Source: Elusimicrobiota bacterium
GTDB lineage: Bacteria > Elusimicrobiota > Elusimicrobia > FEN-1173
Assembly: GCA_016721625.1 (NCBI GenBank)
Contig: JADKHR010000001.1
Location: forward strand, 2,688,503 to 2,752,502
DNA: 64,000 bases
Direction: 5' to 3'
Shown here: one piece after another, positions 59,717 to 64,000 of the stretch
Position numbering within the stretch: the first letter of the stretch is position 1
How the letters are laid out: each line of letters starts with the position of its first letter
Translations under genes and position numbers: made by a program
The notes under the pieces: generated by a model
What the model was told of the DNA's origin: nothing
Databases searched by the model: none
What the model saw: only the letters and a program-made list of their open reading frames with translations

Positions 59717-59758
59717 ACCTACTAGAGAGTAAGATATCCGTTTTTCAGGAGCTGGTTT

Positions 59759-60241
59759 ATGCGCGTCACCGCCATGCAGGAGTATGGGCTTCGTTGCATG
59801 CTTCAGCTTGCCGCCCACAAAGAACCGTCCCCTCTGCCCGTGCGGGAAGTGGCCCGACGGGAACGGCTGACGCCCGTCTATGTTGAGAAAATTCTTGTGA
59901 ATTTACGGCGGGCGGGGCTCGTCAAGAGTCTTCGGGGGGTGAACGGGGGTTACCTTTTGGCGATGAGCCCGAAAGACGTTTCCGTGGCGGGCGTTCTCTC
60001 GGCCCTGGGCCAGGTGGATTTGGGGAAAGATCTTTGCCGACGGTTCACGGGAAACTCGAATGCTTGCGTGCACGCGGGGGGCTGTTCGATTCGCCCCGTC
60101 TGGGGGCTCTTGACCCGCTACATCTACGGGTTTTTGGAAAAGATCACGCTGGCCCAGCTCCTTCAGGAAGAGGCCCAGGTGACGGGCGATATTAACAAAA
60201 TCGGCGCCAAAGAGCCCCATTTGCTTGGGGCGAAGGCTTAA
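59759..60241 (+). CDS. Rrf2-family (IscR/SufR-like) Fe-S-cluster-binding transcriptional regulator
   Basis: N-terminal wHTH ([53 protein letters not shown]) and the Cys cluster [17 protein letters not shown]. Confidence 0.85.
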   Translation: MRVTAMQEYGLRCMLQLAAHKEPSPLPVREVARRERLTPVYVEKILVNLRRAGLVKSLRGVNGGYLLAMSPKDVSVAGVLSALGQVDLGKDLCRRFTGNSNACVHAGGCSIRPVWGLLTRYIYGFLEKITLAQLLQEEAQVTGDINKIGAKEPHLLGAKA

Positions 60242-60243
60242 CC

Positions 60244-61008
60244 ATGACCGCTCCCCTCTTTGAAATAAAAGATTTGCACGTTTCCGTGGAAGGGAAAAAA
60301 ATCCTCCACGGTTTGAGCCTTTTGGTTCGCGCCGGAGAAGTTCACGCCATCATGGGCCCCAACGGGTCCGGCAAAAGCACGCTTTCCTACGCCGTTTTGG
60401 GGCATCCTCGATACGCCATTGAATCAGGCGATATTTTGCTGAACGGGGAGAGCCTCCTGCCGCTCAAGACCAACGAACGCGCCATCAAAGGCCTCTTCCT
60501 GGGGTTCCAATATCCCGTGGCGGTTCCGGGCGTGAGCGTGGTGAACTTCCTTCGCACGGCCATGAAAAACCGGCGGGGGAAGGACGTGCCTCTCAAAGAA
60601 TTCAAAAAAGAATTAAAAGAAAACATGAAGGCTCTCCAGATGGACACCGCCTTCGCGAATCGTTATTTGAACGAAGGGTTTTCGGGCGGAGAGAAAAAGC
60701 GGCTGGAGATTCTCCAAATGGCCCTTCTTCAGCCGTTGATGGCCATACTGGACGAAACAGATTCGGGCTTGGACATCGACGCTCTGAAGATTGTTTCCGA
60801 AGGAATCAACCGCTTGTCGGCGCCTACCCGTGGAATGCTGTTGATCACCCACTACCAGCGCCTGCTCGGCTACGTCAAGCCCCATTTCGTCCATGTCCTG
60901 GCCGGAGGGCGGATCGTTCGGTCCGGCGGGCCGGAACTGGCGTTGGAACTGGAAAGCAAGGGCTACGAGGGAGTCGCCGGCGGCTCCTTGGCCGCGTCCC
61001 ACGCGTAA
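60244..61008 (+). CDS. sufC: Fe-S cluster assembly ATPase SufC
   Basis: [10 protein letters not shown] (Walker A), [14 protein letters not shown] (signature), [10 protein letters not shown] (Walker B). Confidence 0.95.
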   Translation: MTAPLFEIKDLHVSVEGKKILHGLSLLVRAGEVHAIMGPNGSGKSTLSYAVLGHPRYAIESGDILLNGESLLPLKTNERAIKGLFLGFQYPVAVPGVSVVNFLRTAMKNRRGKDVPLKEFKKELKENMKALQMDTAFANRYLNEGFSGGEKKRLEILQMALLQPLMAILDETDSGLDIDALKIVSEGINRLSAPTRGMLLITHYQRLLGYVKPHFVHVLAGGRIVRSGGPELALELESKGYEGVAGGSLAASHA

Positions 61009-61054
61009 CGCCGGGTCATCCGGCGGCTGTCAGCGGTAAACCAAGAGGAATCCC

Positions 61055-62470
61055 ATGACGACAAAACCCGACCTCAAGTCGCTCGGTCAAGAATACCAGT
61101 ATGGTTTTCACGACTCCATGGAAAACTACACTTTCCAATCGGGCCGGGGGCTCACGCGTGAAATCGTGGAGAGCATTTCCTCCATGAAAAAGGAGCCGCA
61201 GTGGATGCGGGATTTTCGGCTGGACGCCCTCGCCACCTTCCTGAAAAAACCCATGCCGACCTGGGCCAACTCGGACCTCCTTTCCAAGATCGATTTCGAC
61301 AACATTCACTACTACATGAAACCCACGGACAAACAAAGCCGCACCTGGGAAGAAGTTCCGGAGGGAATCAAAAATACGTTCGACCGATTGGGCATTCCGG
61401 AGGCGGAGCGGAAGTTTTTAGCCGGGGTCACCGCGCAGTATGAGTCCGAGGTGGTTTACCATTCGCTTCGCGCGGACCTGGAAAAGTTGGGCGTCCTTTT
61501 CCTCGGGATGGACGATGGTCTTAAACAATTCCCCGAGATCGTGAAGAAATATTTCGCCACGGTCATCCCCACCGCCGACAACAAATTCTCCGCCCTCAAT
61601 TCCGCGGTTTGGTCCGGCGGTTCGTTTATTTATGTGCCCAAGGGCGTCAACGTGCCGATTCCTCTCCAGGCTTATTTCCGGATCAATTCGGAAAACATGG
61701 GGCAATTCGAGCGCACGCTGATCGTTGCCGATGAAGGGTCTTTCGTCCACTACATCGAGGGGTGCACCGCCCCGACCTATTCCTCCAACTCGCTTCACTC
61801 CGCGGTGGTGGAACTGATCGCCCTCCCGGGCGCCAAGATTCGCTACACCACGATCCAAAACTGGTCGAAGAACGTCTATAATCTCGTGACGAAACGCGCC
61901 ATGGCCCATCGGAACGCCACCGTGGAATGGATCGACGGAAATTTGGGGAGCCTCCTGACCATGAAATACCCCGCCATTTACCTGGTGGGGGAAGGGGCCC
62001 GGGGGGAAGTGTTGTCGGTGGCGTTTTCCGGAAAAGACCAACACCAGGACGCGGGCTCCAAAATCGTCCATGTGGCGCCCAACACCACGAGCGTGGTGAC
62101 GTCCAAATCCATTTCCAAGGACGGCGGGCGGTCCAGTTACCGGGGGTTGGTGAAGGTCCATCGCGGGGCCACGGGGTGCAAGTCCAATGTTCGGTGCGAC
62201 GCGCTTATTCTGGATGACACGTCCCGCTCCGACACCTATCCCACCATTGAAATTGATGAGGAAGACGTGTCCATGGGCCACGAGGCCACCGTTTCCAAAA
62301 TCGGCGAGGAACAGCTTTTTTATCTTCAGAGCCGGGGCTTGAGCGAACACGAGGCAACGCTCATGATCGTGAACGGATTTTTCGAACCGTTCACCAAGGA
62401 ACTTCCCATGGAATACGCGGTGGAGCTCAACCGGCTGTTGGAGATGGAAATGGAGGGATCCGTTGGCTGA
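61055..62470 (+). CDS. sufB: Fe-S cluster assembly scaffold protein SufB
   Basis: 471 aa; ..[50 protein letters not shown]. Confidence 0.95.
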   Translation: MTTKPDLKSLGQEYQYGFHDSMENYTFQSGRGLTREIVESISSMKKEPQWMRDFRLDALATFLKKPMPTWANSDLLSKIDFDNIHYYMKPTDKQSRTWEEVPEGIKNTFDRLGIPEAERKFLAGVTAQYESEVVYHSLRADLEKLGVLFLGMDDGLKQFPEIVKKYFATVIPTADNKFSALNSAVWSGGSFIYVPKGVNVPIPLQAYFRINSENMGQFERTLIVADEGSFVHYIEGCTAPTYSSNSLHSAVVELIALPGAKIRYTTIQNWSKNVYNLVTKRAMAHRNATVEWIDGNLGSLLTMKYPAIYLVGEGARGEVLSVAFSGKDQHQDAGSKIVHVAPNTTSVVTSKSISKDGGRSSYRGLVKVHRGATGCKSNVRCDALILDDTSRSDTYPTIEIDEEDVSMGHEATVSKIGEEQLFYLQSRGLSEHEATLMIVNGFFEPFTKELPMEYAVELNRLLEMEMEGSVG

Positions 62471-62480
62471 GGGAAAGACC

Positions 62481-63807
62481 ATGACGGAAACGCTTCCGGC
62501 CGCCTCGGGGTTTTCGCGGGAGGTGTTGGCGGGTCTCGCGGCAGGGAGGCGGGAGCCCTCCGACCTCGCGCCGGTTCGCCATCGCGCCTGGGAGTTCTTT
62601 GACCAGTTTCCATGGCCGACCAAGGAAGATGAAGCTTGGCGGCGCACGGATCTTTCGAGGCTTCACCCGGACCGCTTCACGCCGATGGCGGCCACCGAGG
62701 GCCCTTCGCTCAATTTGCCTTCGGCCTTCGAGGGGTTTGTTTCCCCGGAGGAGGCGCTGACCCTGTGGGGCCCGTCGGGAGTGTTTCGGCGGGTGCCGCC
62801 CGCCATGGAAGAGAAGGGCGTCGTCTTCATGGATTTGACCGAAGCCCTTCGCCGATTTCCGGACCTGGTGTGGCCCCATTTGGGCCGCGTTCTTTCCCCG
62901 GAGAGCGGCAAGTTTCCCCGCGCTCTCCATGGCGTTTTGGAGCCGGGGCCTTTTCGTCTATGTTCCCAAAGATGTGGACGCGGGGGTTGTTCTGCGGGGC
63001 GGATACGCGCCGCGTTTGGCGGATGGCCAGGCCGTGGTGACCCGGACGCTGGTGGTGGCCGAACCCGGCGCCCGCCTCACGTTTATGGAGGATTACGCGG
63101 CGGAGGGCCCGGAGGGGGAAGGCGCCGCCCTGGCGGTGGGCGGGGTGGAATTGGTCTTGGGGGAAAACTCCCAGGTCACCTACGTGAACCTTCAGCGCCA
63201 AGGCCGAAGCGTCAACCATTTTCTTTGTCAAAGCGCCCAGTTGGCCCGTGACGCGCGTTTAACCACGCTGGCGCCGGCTCTGGGCGGGGGCCTCTCGCGA
63301 GCCGATTTTGGGTCGATCCTTCAGGGGGCGGGAGCGGCGGCGAATTTGTACGGCCTGGTGTTTGGCGACGGGAAACAGCGTTTCACCCACCACACGCGCC
63401 AGGAGCATCAAGCGCCGCGCACGTCCAGCGATCTTTTGTTTAAATCGGCTCTGATGGACGAAGCCCGTTCGATCTTCACGGGTTTGATTCGGATTGAAAA
63501 AACGGCCGTCAAGAGCGAGGCCTACCAAGCGTCCAAGAACATCCTGCTTTCCAGAAACGCCCGGGCCAACGCGATTCCGATGCTTGAAATTTTAACCGAC
63601 GATGTGAAATGCGGACACGGGGCGGCCGTCGGCGGTTTGGACGATGACCAACGATTTTATCTGATGAGCCGGGGCCTGGGCCGCCGCGAGGCGGAGCAGG
63701 CCATGGTGGAAGGTTTCTTCGAGGACGTTCTTCAGCGGGTGCCGGTGCCGGCCTTGCACGAACGGTTGAGGTCCGCCATCGACGAAAAACTGGCTCGGGA
63801 GAAATAA
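62481..63807 (+). CDS. sufD: Fe-S cluster assembly protein SufD. The frame is broken in a C4 run at 62916-62919.
   Basis: ORF 62463..63251 reads to ..LSPESGKF, then continues in the frame of ORF 62929..63807 as (P)ALSMAFWSRGLFVYVPKDV..HGAAVGGLDDDQRFYLMSRGL. Confidence 0.85.
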
Positions 63808-63809
63808 AA

Positions 63810-64000
63810 TGAACGCCAACGGCCGCGTACCATCGCCTTTCGATCCCGCCGCCATCCGCCGGGATTTCCCCATTCTTTCCCGCCGGGTGCATGGGAAACC
63901 CTTGGTTTACCTAGACAACGCCGCCACGACTCAAAAACCCATGTCGGTCATTATGTCCATGACGGCCTATTACGAACGCACCAACGCCAACGTGCATCGG
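63810..64000 (+). CDS. sufS: Cysteine desulfurase SufS, N-terminal fragment (runs off the window)
   Basis: My translation from the ATG at 63810 is MNANGRVPSPFDPAAIRRDFPILSRRVHGKPLVYLDNAATTQKPMSVIMSMTAYYERTNANVHR, which is the class V aminotransferase / SufS N-terminal signature. Confidence 0.85.

Overview
This is a visibly GC-rich, densely coding bacterial chromosomal segment with about 60 protein genes, one tRNA, no rRNA and no CRISPR array. I did not compute a GC value.

Gene content, left to right:
- Two paralogous ~909-aa secreted surface proteins share a FlgD-Ig/T9SS-type C-terminal domain.
- A type IV pilin-like locus is duplicated around a 1.08-kb Y1 (IS200/RayT-like) transposase cassette bounded by perfect 27-bp inverted repeats.
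- A long, mostly minus-strand block follows: TonB/ExbD/ExbB-type genes, cstA, a plus-strand yfcH-like gene, ychF, an SDR, nadE, a GAF-GAF-ANTAR regulator, dps, a NamZ-like gene, a TrmH-family methyltransferase, an AI-2E permease and long-form ispG.
- The middle looks accessory. A FeeM-like N-acyl amino acid synthase lies convergent with an srsABC-like operon (type III PKS, methyltransferase, flavoprotein). Next to it is a ~1700-aa malectin + glucoamylase-like + discoidin + FN3 protein carrying the same C-terminal sorting-type domain.
- Then come trxB and a CBS-korA-korB-CBS block divergent from sucC-orf-sucD.
- Further right are a glycogen debranching enzyme and a murein-peptide recycling set (NlpC/P60, dipeptide epimerase, DUF819, amidase).
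- The right end holds an APC permease, a HAMP protein, comEC, acpS, nnrD, an M20 amidohydrolase, thiL-tsaE-tsaB, tRNA-Leu(GAG), secG, pgk and rrf2-sufCBD(S).

Main caveat: at least nine otherwise well-conserved genes are split by single-base frame changes that map to short homopolymers, and comEC has one in-frame stop. This looks more like consensus (long-read) indel error than biology. Every pseudogene or phase-variation idea below therefore needs read-level confirmation.

All calls come from reading the supplied ORF translations and the DNA by eye. No database search or folding program was run, and taxonomy cannot be assigned from this window alone.
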